From the NCBI RefSeq assembly GCF_006345805.1, contig NC_042999.1, positions 154,814,001-154,878,000 on the forward strand: a stretch of DNA of 64,000 nucleotides, read 5' to 3'. Made by a program: the position numbers and the translations under genes. The notes below the pieces were generated by a model. It was not told the DNA's origin. It saw only the letters and a program-made list of their open reading frames with translations, and searched no databases. This document shows positions 39,907-55,980 of this stretch, piece after piece; the first letter of the stretch is position 1, and each line of letters starts with the position of its first letter. The stretch comes from Octopus sinensis (taxonomy: Eukaryota).

Positions 39907-40484
39907 AAGGCGGCGAGCTGGTAAAAACGTTAGCATGCCGGGCGAAATGCGTAGCTGTATTTCGTCTGCTGTTACGTTCTGAGTTCAAATTCCGCCGAGG
40001 TCGACTTTGCCTTTCATCTTTTCGGAGTCGATTAAATAAGTACCAGTTACGCACTGGGGTCGATCTAATCGACTTAATCCGTTTGTCTGTCTTTGTTTGT
40101 CCCCTCTGTGTGTAGCTCCTTGCGGGCAGTAAAGAAATAGGTATTTCGTCTGGATTCAAATTCCGCCGAGGTCGACTTTGCCTTTTATCATTTCGGGGTC
40201 GATTAAATAAGTACCAGTTACGCACTGGGGTCGATATAATCGACTTAATCCGTTTGTCTGTCCTTGTTTGTCCTCTCTGTGTTTAGCCCCTTGTGGGTAG
40301 TAAAGAAATAGGTATTTCGTCTGTCTTTACGTTCTGAGTTCAAATTCCGTCTAGGTCGACTTTGCCTTTCATCCTTTCGGGGCCGATCAATTAAGTACCA
40401 GTTGCGTACTGGGGTCGATCTATTCGACTGGCCTCCCCTTCCACAAAAGTTTCGGGCCTTGTGCCTAGAGTAGAAAAGAATATT
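39907..40484 (+). mobile_element. SINE S3 with three tandem core units
   Basis: Head + (core+T1)x2 + core+T2. Confidence 0.85.
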
Positions 40485-40931
40485 AGTTCTGGAACTTCAA
40501 CTGCTTCTCTAATAATAATAATGGTGCTGGTATTTTGTTTCCTTCTGATTGTCGCCGGGTAGTAATTAGCATAAAAGTTAGAAGGTAGGGCTGTTAGTGG
40601 CAGGAACCAAGGATGTCAGTTATTTTGCTAGTTTTTGGTTTAACTTGTGGTGACTTGAGCAGTGGTTGCAATAATGTAGTAGTTGTCTCCCTTCCTCTGC
40701 CTCAGATATTTCAACGTGTTGGCTTGGCTTAGATTTTTGTACCTCTGTTTCAAAGGGCCAGCCTTGTCACACTCTGTATCACGCTGAATCTCCCCCCCCC
40801 CCCCCCGAGAACTACGTGAAGGGTACACGTGTCAGTGGAGTGCTCAGCGACATACCCGCGTTAATTTCATAAGCAGGCCGTTCCGTTGATCAGATCAACT
40901 GGAACTCTCGTCGTCGTAACCGACGAAGTGC

Positions 40932-40969
<38 letters not shown>

Positions 40970-41024
40970 AGAGAGAGAGGGGGGAGGGAGAGAGAGAGAC
41001 AAACAGACAGACAGACAGAGAGAA

Positions 41025-41415
41025 AGTCCTTCAGAGCTGCAATTGAATCAATCTTAGCTTATGGTTCGATAAAATGAACATTTAGAATTCTCATGAGAAA
41101 ATTCTAAATGTCACGTACACCAGAACACTCATGAAATCAGCACAAGACTAACAAAGAGTTCGATAAAAGCCATCTCAGAGAGAATATGAAAGCACAAGTT
41201 GAGGATTATTGATAATTGCCGGTGTAAAAATGAGGAGTTCGTAGCAGAAGGTTTTCTGTAGCAACGTTGTCGGGTTGAACAGGGAAGAGATAGAACAGCT
41301 GAAAAGAAACTACATTAACCAATGGCTTAGAAGAAACTAGATACACTCTCCAAGAACCTGAAAGTGTCGTGGATGACAGAAAGGAATGGGAAATACATGT
41401 CAGGAGTGTGGAGAA
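41025..41415 (+). pseudogene. Degraded RTE LINE 3' fragment
   Basis: FRAAIESILAYGS...YTRTL...DDRKEW resemble the RTE C-terminal region. Confidence 0.5.
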
Positions 41416-41617
41416 ATTCTTGATCAATAACTAATACACAGACATACACAGACATACACACGCACGCACACACACACATACACACACACATACACACATA
41501 CACACACACATACACACACCTGCGCGCGCACATATGTACATTTACATACATCCATACGGATAGAGGGTCGGATAGACAGACAGACAGGCAGGCAGGCAGA
41601 CAGACAGACAGAAAGAC

Positions 41618-41696
<79 letters not shown>

Positions 41697-41701
41697 TAGA
41701 C

Positions 41702-45112
<3,411 letters not shown>

Positions 45113-45425
45113 AGATAGATAGATAGATAGATAGATAGATAAGTAATATTCACGATGTCAAGAAACAGTTGGAACTGGTCATAACATATTCACGGAACAT
45201 TGGAATGGACTTTCGTTCGGAGATATATATTCATATTTGGCGAGCAGTTGAAGAAAGACTGTTGGCCAGACAATGAATATAGCTATCAATCTTTATCTCC
45301 ACTATTTCCAATAAATAATATCCACCAATACCTCAGAATTAATGGTGCTGTGAATGGAAGGTGGAGCACTTCTGTAGCTACAAAAATTCCATCTCATAAT
45401 GCTTTTGCAATGTCGATACTAGTAC

Positions 45426-45826
45426 AAAGCGGCGAGCTGGCTGAAACGTTAGCACGCGGGGCGAAATGCTTAGCCGTATTTCGTCTGCCGTTACGTTCTG
45501 AGTTCAAATTCCGCCGAGGTCGACTTTGCCTTTCATCCTTTCGGGGTCGATAAATTAAGTACCAGTTACGCACTGGGGTCGATGTAATCGACTTAATCCG
45601 TTTGTCTGTCCTTGTTTGTCCTCTCTGTGTTTAGCCCCTTGTGGATAGTAAAGAAATAGGTATTTCGTCTGTCTTTACGTTCTGAGTTCAAATTCTGCCG
45701 AGGTCGACCTTGCCTTTCATCCTTTCGGGGTCGATAAATTAAGTACCAGATGCGTACTGCGAACGATCTAATCAACTGGCCCCCTCCCCGATGATTTCGA
45801 ACCTTGTGCCAAGAGTAGAAAAGAAT
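45426..45826 (+). mobile_element. SINE S3 with two core units
   Basis: Unit period 184 bp (45491 vs 45675). Confidence 0.85.
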
Positions 45827-46171
45827 CTTTAAGAAACTAGAATGGACATTTGAAGAGATCTGTGATAAAAAAAAAACACCCGAACTATGAGGTTGTTAAT
45901 CACCCTTGGTAGCTTTCACATCAACAGTAGCACTGAAAGGATGACGAAGAATACGGGTTTTGAGCGTCCCGTCTTACCCCCGAGGCAACGCTTACTAGAT
46001 ACTCACGAAAGACTTGAGCACATCTGAGAGTAGAACTCTTGAAAAGTTCCTCTAAGTGGACTTCTGTTACATATGTGCCAAGGTCAGCGGGACTAATCTA
46101 TGTTAACAGGGACTTGTGGCAGAAACACCCATCATATGAGCAGAAAGTTATATATAGGGTATATATACAGG

Positions 46172-46369
46172 TACAGGCGTGGCTGTGTGGTAAGAAGCTT
46201 GCTTCCCAACCACGTGGTTCCGAGTTCAGTCCCACTGCGTGGCACCTTGAGCAAATGTCTTCTACTAAAAGCTCGGACCGATCAAAGCCTTGTGAGTGGA
46301 TTTGGTAGATGGAAACTGAAAGACGCCCGTTGTAGATATATATATACACATAGATACATACATACATAC

Positions 46370-46400
<31 letters not shown>

Positions 46401-46481
46401 TGTATGTATGTATGTATGTATGTATGTATGTATGTATGTATGTATGTATGTATGTATGTATGATGTATGTATATATGTATG

Positions 46482-46561
<80 letters not shown>

Positions 46562-46762
46562 GTGTGTGTTTGTCCCCCACCATCGCTTGACAACCGATGC
46601 TGGTGTGTTTATTTCCCGTAACGTAGCAGCTCGGCAAAAAAAGACCGATAAGCATAATTACTAGGCTTACAAAGAATAAGTCCCAGAGTCGATTTGTTCG
46701 GCAACAGGCGGTGCTCCAGCATGGCCGCAGTCAAATGACTGAAACAAGTAAAGGAATAAAAG
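46172..46762 (+). mobile_element. SINE S1 with expanded internal (TATG)n/(TA)n
   Basis: Head, body and tail all present. Confidence 0.85.
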
Positions 46763-47039
46763 AAAAAAAAAATATGCTAGTCAGAGAAAACTAGTACTGG
46801 TTTCAAATTTGATCTCAAGGCCAACGAGTTCGGGGAGGGCGTAAACTGGCTGCATCGATCTCGTGAAGAAGAAAGGCAAAATCGATTTCGAAGGGTGAAA
46901 GGCCTCGAAGCGTTTTGACCCGCGATTCTGCCAGTACGCCGCCTTTGAGAACACGGATATTAATAAGGAGAGTAACCTCCCTTTGACGTGTGGTAGCTGT
47001 GTCACATCCCGCTATGTGACGCCTCTTCTGTTCTAACAG

Positions 47040-47189
47040 GAGTTAGCATATTAAATACCTGGTCGGCAAGAGAGATGAGATCGCCTTCAAACCTACGCGA
47101 CGTGTCCCTTGAAATGTCTTCAAAGAACTACGTTCCCATGCCGCCTGATATTAATGCCAAGGAAAGGAGATCAGGGTCCAAGAAAGAGA
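47040..47189 (+). CDS. Candidate symmetric phase-1 coding exon of an unidentified gene (VSILNTWSAREMRSPSNLRDVSLEMSSKNYVPMPPDINAKERRSGSKKE)
   Basis: cctcttctgttctaacAG acceptor, GA|GTAAGT donor, 150 nt open, non-repetitive sequence. Confidence 0.45.
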
Positions 47190-48523
47190 GTAAGTTCAGT
47201 CAAGCAGGACCGTGTGTGTGTGTGTGTGTGTGTGTATTCATTTAATTTAGTTATTTTTAACAAGATTTACAATTAATTTCTTCTGGAGATTTCCTTCGTT
47301 TAGAAATAAGTTCAAATTAAGGAGTTATACCATTTAATTATAACAATGTCACTAATTAAGAAATAACTTGAATCAAATGTTCCTCTTGAGCAAAGAAGTA
47401 TAAAGGAGGTGTAGGTAAGAAGTCAGCTGACCGTTCCGAGCTGAACAGAGAGCGGAGATGTATTATAGGGTTTGTGACTCACGTTACGGCTATGGATTAT
47501 ATATACATAACTATATATATCTAATTAAGACACGGTTGTGTGGTAAGTAGCTTGCTTCCCAGCCACATGGTTCCAGGTTCAGTCCCACTGCGTGGCACCT
47601 TGGGAAAGTGTTGGTTTGTTTACGTACCAGTAGCTTAGCGGTTCGGCAAAAGACACCGATAGAATAAGTACTAAGCTTGCAAAGAATAAGTCCTGGGGTC
47701 AATTCGCCTGGGGTCAATTTGCCTACTATAGCCTCGGGCTGACCAAAGCCTTGTGAGTGGATTTGGTAAACGGAAACTGAAAGAAGCCCGGCGTATGTAT
47801 GTATGTTTGTATTTGTGTGCTTGTGTCTCTGTTTGTCCCTCCACCATCGCTTGACAACCGATGTCAGTGTATAGCGTCCCCGTAACTTAGCGGTTTGGCA
47901 AAAAAAAAAAAATAACCGATAGAATAAGTACCAGGCTTACAAAGAATAAGTCAAGAGGTTAATTTCTTCGACTAAAAAAGTCGGTGCGGTGCTCCAGCAT
48001 TGCCGCAATCAAAATGACTGAAACAAGTAAAAGAATTTTAAAAATAACAACAACAACAGCAGCAGCAGCAACAACAACAACAACAACAACTGTGATAGTA
48101 TCCACTACTATCATGACTATAATCATATTGCTGATAACAACAACAACAACAATTACATCGACGATGACAGCTAAACTGGTATTCCGTCGGTTGCGACGAC
48201 AAAGGTTCCAGTTGATCCGATCAGCGGAACAGCCTGCTCGTGAAATTTAGCATGCAAGTGGCTGAGTACTCCACAGACAGGTGTACCCTTAACGGAGTCC
48301 TCAGGGAGATTCAGTGTGACATAGAATATGATAAGGCTGGGCCCCTTTGAATTACAGGTACAACTCATTTTTGGCCAGGTGAGTGGACTGGAGGAATGTG
48401 AAATCGAACTCGCGACCTTACGATTGTGAGCCGAATGCCCTAACCACAAAGCCACGCGCCTACACAACCACGACAGCTACACTGTCGACAGCAATAACAA
48501 CAACATTAACAATAACGTTAACT

Positions 48524-48862
48524 ATTAGGCTGTCCGGAAAGTTCGTGCCGATTTATAGTAGCTTACCTTTCAACTTATTTTAGAACATGGTTGAGTCCAT
48601 AAAATAGGATTTGACTACACTTCCATCTAGAGCACAGTTTAAGCTATCTTTTCGTGAAAGAAGGTTTATGTTCCTATAACCTGTGTAAATTCTGTAACCC
48701 TTTAAAATGGAAGATAAGAAAGTTCATTTTTGGCACTTGATGCTTTGGGAACCAGACAAAAATTACTGCAGCTCGGCTGGGATGTGTTACCCCACCCTCC
48801 ATATTCGCCAGATATTGCTCCTTCGGATTTCCAAATATTCAGGTCTCTGCAGAATAGTCTAA
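48524..48862 (+). mobile_element. mariner deletion derivative
   Basis: TA + TTAGGCTGTCCGGAAAG TIR-like start; MEDKKVHF N-terminus joined to TRQKLLQLGWDVLPHPPYSPDIAPSDF. Confidence 0.8.
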
Positions 48863-49374
48863 CGATTCTACCAGCCCCCTTGTGTGTGTGTGTGTGTGAA
48901 GTATTCTTTTCTACTCTAGGCACAAGGCCCGAAATTTGGGGGAGGGGCCAGTCAATTAGATCAACCTCAGTACGCAACTGATACTTAATTTATCAACCCC
49001 GAAAGGATGAAAGGCAAAGTCGATCTCGGCGGAATTTAAACTCAAAACATAAATTCAGACGAAATACCTATTTCTTTACTGCCCACAAGGGGCTACACAC
49101 AGAGGAGACAAACAAGGACAGACAAACGGATTACGTCGATTATATCGACCCCAGTGCGTAACTGGTACTTAATTTATCGACCCCGAAAGGATGAAAGGCA
49201 AAGTCGACCTCGGCGGAATTTGAACTCAGAACGTAGCGGCAGACGAAATATCACTAAGCATTTCGCCCGGCGCCCTAACGTTTCTGCCAGCTCGCCGCCT
49301 TAAATATGGAACATAATATCTACACACACTTACATGTATCTCGTTAAGAAAAATGCGTAGAGTTATTTTATATA

Positions 49375-49455
<81 letters not shown>

Positions 49456-49723
49456 AATTGAATTACATGTCCATACTGCCAATTTCCTTGGCTGACGGCA
49501 CATATCTGTAGGAACGCGGAATAATTAGATCGTAACACAAAGAACAATTAAAACAACGCCACGCATGATAAGCCGGTCATAAGCTTAAAGTCTTTAATAA
49601 CTTTTTATATTACATCATTAATATCTTCCTTGAAGTCTTCGAAAGAGTAGATGAAGCAGCCAGAGAAGCCTTTATCACCTGCTGGAAATACCAGTTCAAT
49701 TTTCCTCATATTATATCTTACTG

Positions 49724-50142
49724 GGATCTTTTCGGTTTGAACGGCAGTTTTTCTAGCGGTGTCATATGAAATTGTCACCCATAATTATGACCCTAGTATC
49801 GATCTATTGCATTTCAATCTGTTTTAGGGTTAGGGTTAGGGTTAGGGGTGGGGGAAGGGTATCTTTTTTTCTTCAGAAATGTAAATAAACCCAATCTGTT
49901 TCTTAAACGAGGGACATATTCATACGGCACAGAATGTTTTCACCTCAGTAGACGTCATTGATTGGTTGAAATTGCAGAAATTGAAGAAAAAACAACAAAT
50001 ATCTTACAAACTATAGAATTTTCTCAATAAAGCCAAGAGAAAATGATGTTTTATAAACACATTCTACCAGTATACGAAGTTTAAAAGTGTTTAGTTACGT
50101 GGAAATTATTTTTAAAAACTGCCGTTCAAACCGAAAAGATCC
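49724..50142 (+). mobile_element. MITE family A (28-bp TIR GGATCTTTTCGGTTTGAACGGCAGTTTT, internal TTAGGG), 8-bp TSD TCTTACTG
   Basis: TSD at 49716-49723 and 50143-50150. Confidence 0.92.
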
Positions 50143-50280
50143 TCTTACTGTCTTAAGTAAAGAAAGTTCACATTAGAGCAAGCGTGGCTGTGTGGGAAGA
50201 AGTTTGCTTCCCAGTCGCATGGCCCCTGGTTCAGTCCCACTGTGTGAAACGTTGGACAAGTGTTTTCTACAATAGCTTCT

Positions 50281-50707
50281 GGATCTTTTCGGTTTGAACG
50301 GCAGTTTTTAAAAATAATTTCCACGTAACCAAACACTTTTAAACTTCGTATACTGGTAGAATGTGTTTATAAAACATTTTTTCTCTTGGCTTTATAGAGA
50401 GAAAATTCTATAGTTTGTGAGATATTTGTTGTTTTTTTTTTTCTTCAATTTCTGCAATTTCAACCAGTCAATGACGTCTATTGAGGTGAAAACATTGTGT
50501 GCAGTATGAATATGTCCCTCGTTTAAGAAACAGATTGGGTTTATTTACATTTCTGAAGAAAAAAAAGATACCCTCCCCCCACCCCTAACCCTAACCCTAA
50601 CCCTAAAACAGATTGAAATGCAATAGATCGATACTAGGGTCATAATTATGGGTGACAATTTCATATGACACCGCTAGAAAAAACTGCCGTTCAAACCGAA
50701 AAGATCC
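50281..50707 (-). mobile_element. MITE family A, opposite orientation, inserted in an S1 SINE
   Basis: Same TIRs; flanks TAGCTTCT / TAGCCTCG (6/8 match). Confidence 0.88.
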
Positions 50708-51428
50708 TAGCCTCGTGCTAGCCGAAGCCTCCTGAGTGGATTTGGTAAACGGAAACTGAAAGAAGCCCATTTTCTCTTTCTCTCTCTCCCTCTCTCTCTC
50801 ACACTTTCTCACTCTCACCCACTGTCGCTTAACAATCGGTGTTTGTATATTTACATCCTCGAAACCTTAGCGTACATGCCTATTAAAAAATATCTCCGGA
50901 GATCGATTTGCGCGATTAAATTCTTCAAGGTGATTCCCCAGCATGTCCGCAGTCGAATGATTGGAAAAAAATAGAAGGTAAAAGATGCAAAAAAAAAAAC
51001 GGGATGGTCATTTCTGGAACATTATTGACCTCAGATATGTTCGAACCAACCCACTCTGAAGATAAACAACAACGATTTCTTGCGCATTGTTGTTTATTCC
51101 CAGGTGAATCTTATGTAGTAGGTCTATGATCCAAGACAATCCAATCACGACCAATCCGTCTTTTGAAAAACTTCTAATACTGCGTTTCCAATCATCTTCC
51201 ATTTGCCTTTGGCTTGTTTCAGTCATTAGACTACGGCTATGCTGGGGCACCTTAAAGGAACTTGTTTTTTAAAGCCTGGTACTTATTTTATCGACCTCTT
51301 TTGCCGAACCACGAAGTTACGGGGACGTAAACACACCAACACCGATTGTGTTGCGGTGGCAGCAGACAAACACAAACATAGAGAAACACACACACACATA
51401 TATGTATGCATATATGTATTTGTATACG

Positions 51429-51487
<59 letters not shown>

Positions 51488-51950
51488 TGTGAAAGACAAA
51501 AACAATAAAGTTTGCTTATTGATCGACATGAGCATCCCCTGTGATCATAATATCTCGGCGAAAGAGTTTGACAAGCTCAGAAAATATAAAGACCTACTCA
51601 TTGAAATTGAGAAAATGTGGCATCTCAAGGCGGTTACAATACCAGTGATCGTAGGAGCACTAGGAATGATCAAGAAGGGAACCGAAAATTATATGAGAAT
51701 GATCCCTGGCTTACCATCCCTGCAAGAAGTGCAAAAGATTGTCTTAACTGGTACATCACACGTATTGAGAAGAGCATTGTCGCTGTGAGAGCTGTTACTG
51801 CCCATGTATTTTAATTTAACCTTAAAAAAAAATGAACGAACTATTGAGTTTGGTTTAATGGCCTACCAATGTATACTATGAGTTTCTTTGCCCTAGGAGT
51901 CGGGAAGACGCTCGGCAAGAAATGGAAGCAAATTTGAAAGAAGAAAAAAA
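51488..51950 (+). mobile_element. Dong/R4-clade LINE 3' fragment (RLE domain) in (TAA)n
   Basis: CLLIDMSIPCDHNISAKEFDKLRKYKDL...IPVIVGALG...QKIVLTGTSHVLRRAL; (TAA)n on both sides, the known Dong target. Confidence 0.88.
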
Positions 51951-51961
51951 GAATAATAATG

Positions 51962-52050
<89 letters not shown>

Positions 52051-52752
52051 TGATGAAGGAGACGGAAGATAAATTTGGTATTAGTCTCTATAAAGACGAG
52101 TGCCATATTCATCTTCCGTTTCCCTCAGCCATTATTACTATCTCAAGTAACACAGTGAAGTTCCTGAAGTAGATCCAGCAGAATTACAAGAAAAGATTCC
52201 TCACTCCCTTTATTTCTTTCACTCATCCTCTCTCTTGTCCCCTTTCCCCTCTGCCTGTTACTCACACGTGACTATAGGTCATTTTTCTCGTCGCTCAATC
52301 TTTTCTGATTGGGACGTCCACCTAGCTGGACGTCATTTCTCTCACCCCTCGATATCTTTTTTCTCTTCTATTTTTCACTTCAATTTATTATATATCCTTT
52401 CAAAATTTCTTCCAGGCGTTACTCATTACAGTTCGTCTTAGCCTAAGGGCCCTAAACGCCTTTCTTCGTCAATCGTTTCCGTACGTCCACTCTGGTGTCG
52501 TTTGTTCGTTCGAAGCCCTAACTTTCCCCAAATTTTATATTTTTAAAATTTCTGGATGCTGCTGTCTTATGAACTTTTCCTCTCTTTTCGTTAAAAGCAC
52601 GAAACGGGTAGTAATAAACAGTCGACAACTGAAGAGAAGTTAGACCTCTTTTCGTATTTTGTCCCGTACTTGTCTCTCGTTGTGTGTTTACGTATTTTTC
52701 GCTCATTGGTGATGTCCTATACTTTATGTGTATTTTATCATTTATATATATA

Positions 52753-53596
52753 CTAGCAGAATTGCCCGGCGTTGCTCGGGGCTGAATTGCTTGAAAGTAC
52801 TGTTAATGATTGCACTGAATTATGATGATTATTCAGGCAAATATTGATATAAGCTTACGGTGGGAGATAAGGACTTAACGATCAAACGTGTGCCATTGCA
52901 TTGTTTTGGGGGAACCAAATTTCTGATGAGCATTATAGGGGCACCAACTTTAAGTTTGAGAATGTGTGGTGGTAGTCCGGGGTGCTCAAAGGAATTGAGT
53001 ACCTCTATTGGATAGTTGATGACGTCCTCTGGGTCAGGAGTTGTATCGATAGACTGATATACATAGACTTCCCCAGGAATGAGTTTTAGCATTTCATCAT
53101 TAATATGGTGAACAGTTTTATTCCTCGGGGCCAGTATAGCCTTTTTGCCAATCCAATCCATATTCTGATAATTAGCTTGTAGATCTGGGAACACTGCATC
53201 TCTGAGATCAGAAGGCGTCTTAGCAATGGTACAAATGGAATCGATGGCAATATTACCATTTTCATCCCCTGGTATTTTGCCTTCGCCAAGTGCAAGGAGG
53301 GTGTGAGGAAATGCTGCTGATGTGATATTACGTCGCATATGAGCACGCATATTGGTGTGAAGTTTCAGAGTTACTTCCGTTTATTTTAAAAAATATGCAT
53401 TAAAATGGAAAAAAATGATGGTAAATTATTTGTAAAATCATAGACTCATCGTAGACGCGCGCTAATACCCAGAAGGGCTCGATATGAATCACGACTATAA
53501 GATACCCGGTTTTGGTTAAACTGCATCGCAAAATGTGGGAGTAGTTAGGAATCTAAATCGAAGTAGACAGACACACAACCTTTCTTTTATATATAA
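52753..53596 (-). mobile_element. Non-autonomous Helitron with PIF1 helicase fragment
   Basis: ORF 53350-52829 AILAPRN...LPPHILKLKVGAPIMLIRNL...CNGTRL; 3' hairpin CCCGAGCAACGCCGGG then CTAG|T. Confidence 0.88.
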
Positions 53597-53599
53597 ATA

Positions 53600-54413
53600 T
53601 TTTCGTCCTAAAAAACTTTGTATGGATTGAATGGTTACCTCTATGGAAATATATACACGCACATTATACATACATGTGTGTATAGATGAATATATAAATA
53701 CATTTAAATATCTATATACACTTTTGGGCGATCTTTCTGTTTCTTAGAGATAACTTTAGATCTTATTTTCGTGCTAAAAAACTTTGTATGGAGTGAATGG
53801 TTACGTGTATGGAAATATATACACACACATTATACATACATCTGTGTATAGATGAATATATAAATACATTTAAATATCTATATACACTTTTGGGCGATCT
53901 TTCTGCTACTTGGATATAGGGGCGATGTTTCGCTTGTCGTAGCACACGTTTCCGTCGATTTCCGTAAAAAATGTAAACACTGAATCGGCCATACATACAT
54001 ACACACACACATACATACACACACACGCACATACATGCATACATACATATACACATAAACCGAGTAAAAAATTTCAGTTATCTCTCTCTTTCACACATTA
54101 ATCTCTCTGTCTCTTCACACACACTAACAGAAGCACTTCACTTACACAACATACTGTCTGTCTCCCACACTCCATCAAACACACACACACACACACATGT
54201 ACATCAATGCGTCCCATGCACGGTAACTTCAAAAGAACTTCCCTCGTCATACAATCGCTTTCTCTTAGTCTCTTTCGCTCTCATTACTTATGTAAAAAAA
54301 TAAAAGTTTTTTACGGAAATCGACGGAAACCTGTGCTACGACAAGCGAAACATCGCCGATATAGGTCTTATATTCGTTCTAAAAAACTTTCCTGTCACAC
54401 ACTCACGCACACG

Positions 54414-54452
<39 letters not shown>

Positions 54453-54854
54453 CCTCACACACACACACACACGCACACACACACTCACACACACGCACGT
54501 TAGCTTACAATTTTATTTATATATTTGCGTGTCTATGTGTGTAAAGAGGAAGTGGCAGACTGAAAGAGTCACTCACTACAAAAGGTGAATTACTTTCATT
54601 TTATTCTTTGCACACTGTGTGTGTGCGTGTGGTGTAAACCACATTAAGAAAAGCATTTGACATACACACCAGAATGTGAGTTTTCTGTAAATTTTGCTTA
54701 ATTGGAGTTTAAATTTTAAAAAGTGGACCTGGCAAAACCCGATGCATTCTACTCTTAAAAATGCTAAGTAAATTGTAATTGAAGAAATCCTATATTGTAG
54801 ATTTCTATAACTGACAAAGGGAGGCAGATAAAATCTGCCTTTTATAATAAGAGA
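53600..54854 (-). mobile_element. Helitron-like family B (A|TC 5' end, internal 166-bp tandem units)
   Basis: 5' TCTCTTATTATAAAAGGCAGATTTTATCTGCC; second copy at 62646-64000. Confidence 0.65.
53921..54357. mobile_element. MITE family B (about 51-bp TIR GGCGATGTTTCGC...), 8-bp TSD GATATAGG
   Basis: TSD at 53913-53920 and 54358-54365; TIRs differ at one position. Confidence 0.9.
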
Positions 54855-55563
54855 TACGACGGGCTTCCTTCAGTTTTCTTCAACCAAATCCATTCACAAG
54901 GCTTTTATCGTCCTGAGACAATAGCAGATATTTGCCTGAGGTGCAACGCAGTAAGACTGAACGCGGAACTATGTGGCTAGGAAGCAAGCTTCTGACCACA
55001 CAGCCACACTTGCGCCTATACCATGATCAGTTGAGAAACATCCCACATCTTTCCGAACAGCTAAAGTATATTATACAATTTCAATTCTATAATTTACTCT
55101 TTTACTCTTTTACTCTTTTACTTGTTTCAGTCATTAGACTGCGGCCATGCTGGAGCACCGCCTTTAGTACTTATTCTATCGGTCTCTTTTGCCGAACCGC
55201 TAAGTGACGGGGACGTAAACACACCAGCATCGGGTTGTCAAGCAATGCTAGGGGGACAAACACAGGCACACAAACACATACGCACACACATATATATATA
55301 TATACATATATACGACAGGCTTCTTTCAGTTTCCGTCTACCAAATCCACTCACAAGGCATTGGTCGGCCCGGGGCTATAGCAGAAGACACTTGCCCAAGA
55401 TGCCACGCAGTGGGACTGAACCCGGAATCATGTGGTTGGTTAGCAAGCTACTTACCACACAGCCACTCCTGTTAACCTTTGTTAACCTTTAATGAATAAG
55501 GTTATCGATCATTTGAATACTTGTACGATGGCTCACTCAGATACTCGGGTTTGTTAAAGCCCT

Positions 55564-55980
55564 GGATCTTTTCGGTTTGAACGGCAGTTTTTTTCTAGCG
55601 GTGTCATATGAAATTGTCACCGATAATTATGACCCTAGTATCGATCTATTGCATTTCAATCTGGTTTAGGTTTAGGGTTAGTGGTGGGGGGAATGGTATC
55701 TTTTTTCTTCAGAAATGTAAATAAACCCAATCTGTTTCTTAAACATACGGCACAAAATGTTTTCAGCTCAATAGACGTCATTGATTGGTTGAAAGTGCAG
55801 AAATTGAAGAAAAAAACAACAAATATCTTACAAACTATAGAATTTTCTCACTAAAGCCAAGAGAAAAAGATGTTTTATAAACACATTCTACCAGTATACG
55901 AAGTTTAAAAGTGTTTAGTTACATGGAAAAGTGTTTAGTTACGTTATTTTTAAAAAATGCCGTTCAAACCGTAAAGATCT
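55564..55980 (+). mobile_element. MITE family A, third copy (no TSD)
   Basis: Same TIRs and internal sequence. Confidence 0.85.

Noticed and set aside
49635-49723. Possible exon interrupted by MITE A (FERVDEAAREAFITCWKYQFNF on plus; ELVFPAGDKGFSGCF on minus)
   Set aside because: Both strands are open and the splice signals are weak; strand and reality cannot be decided.
51008-51250. Protein-like ORFs on both strands
   Set aside because: Ambiguous strand, weak acceptor, no recognisable homology.
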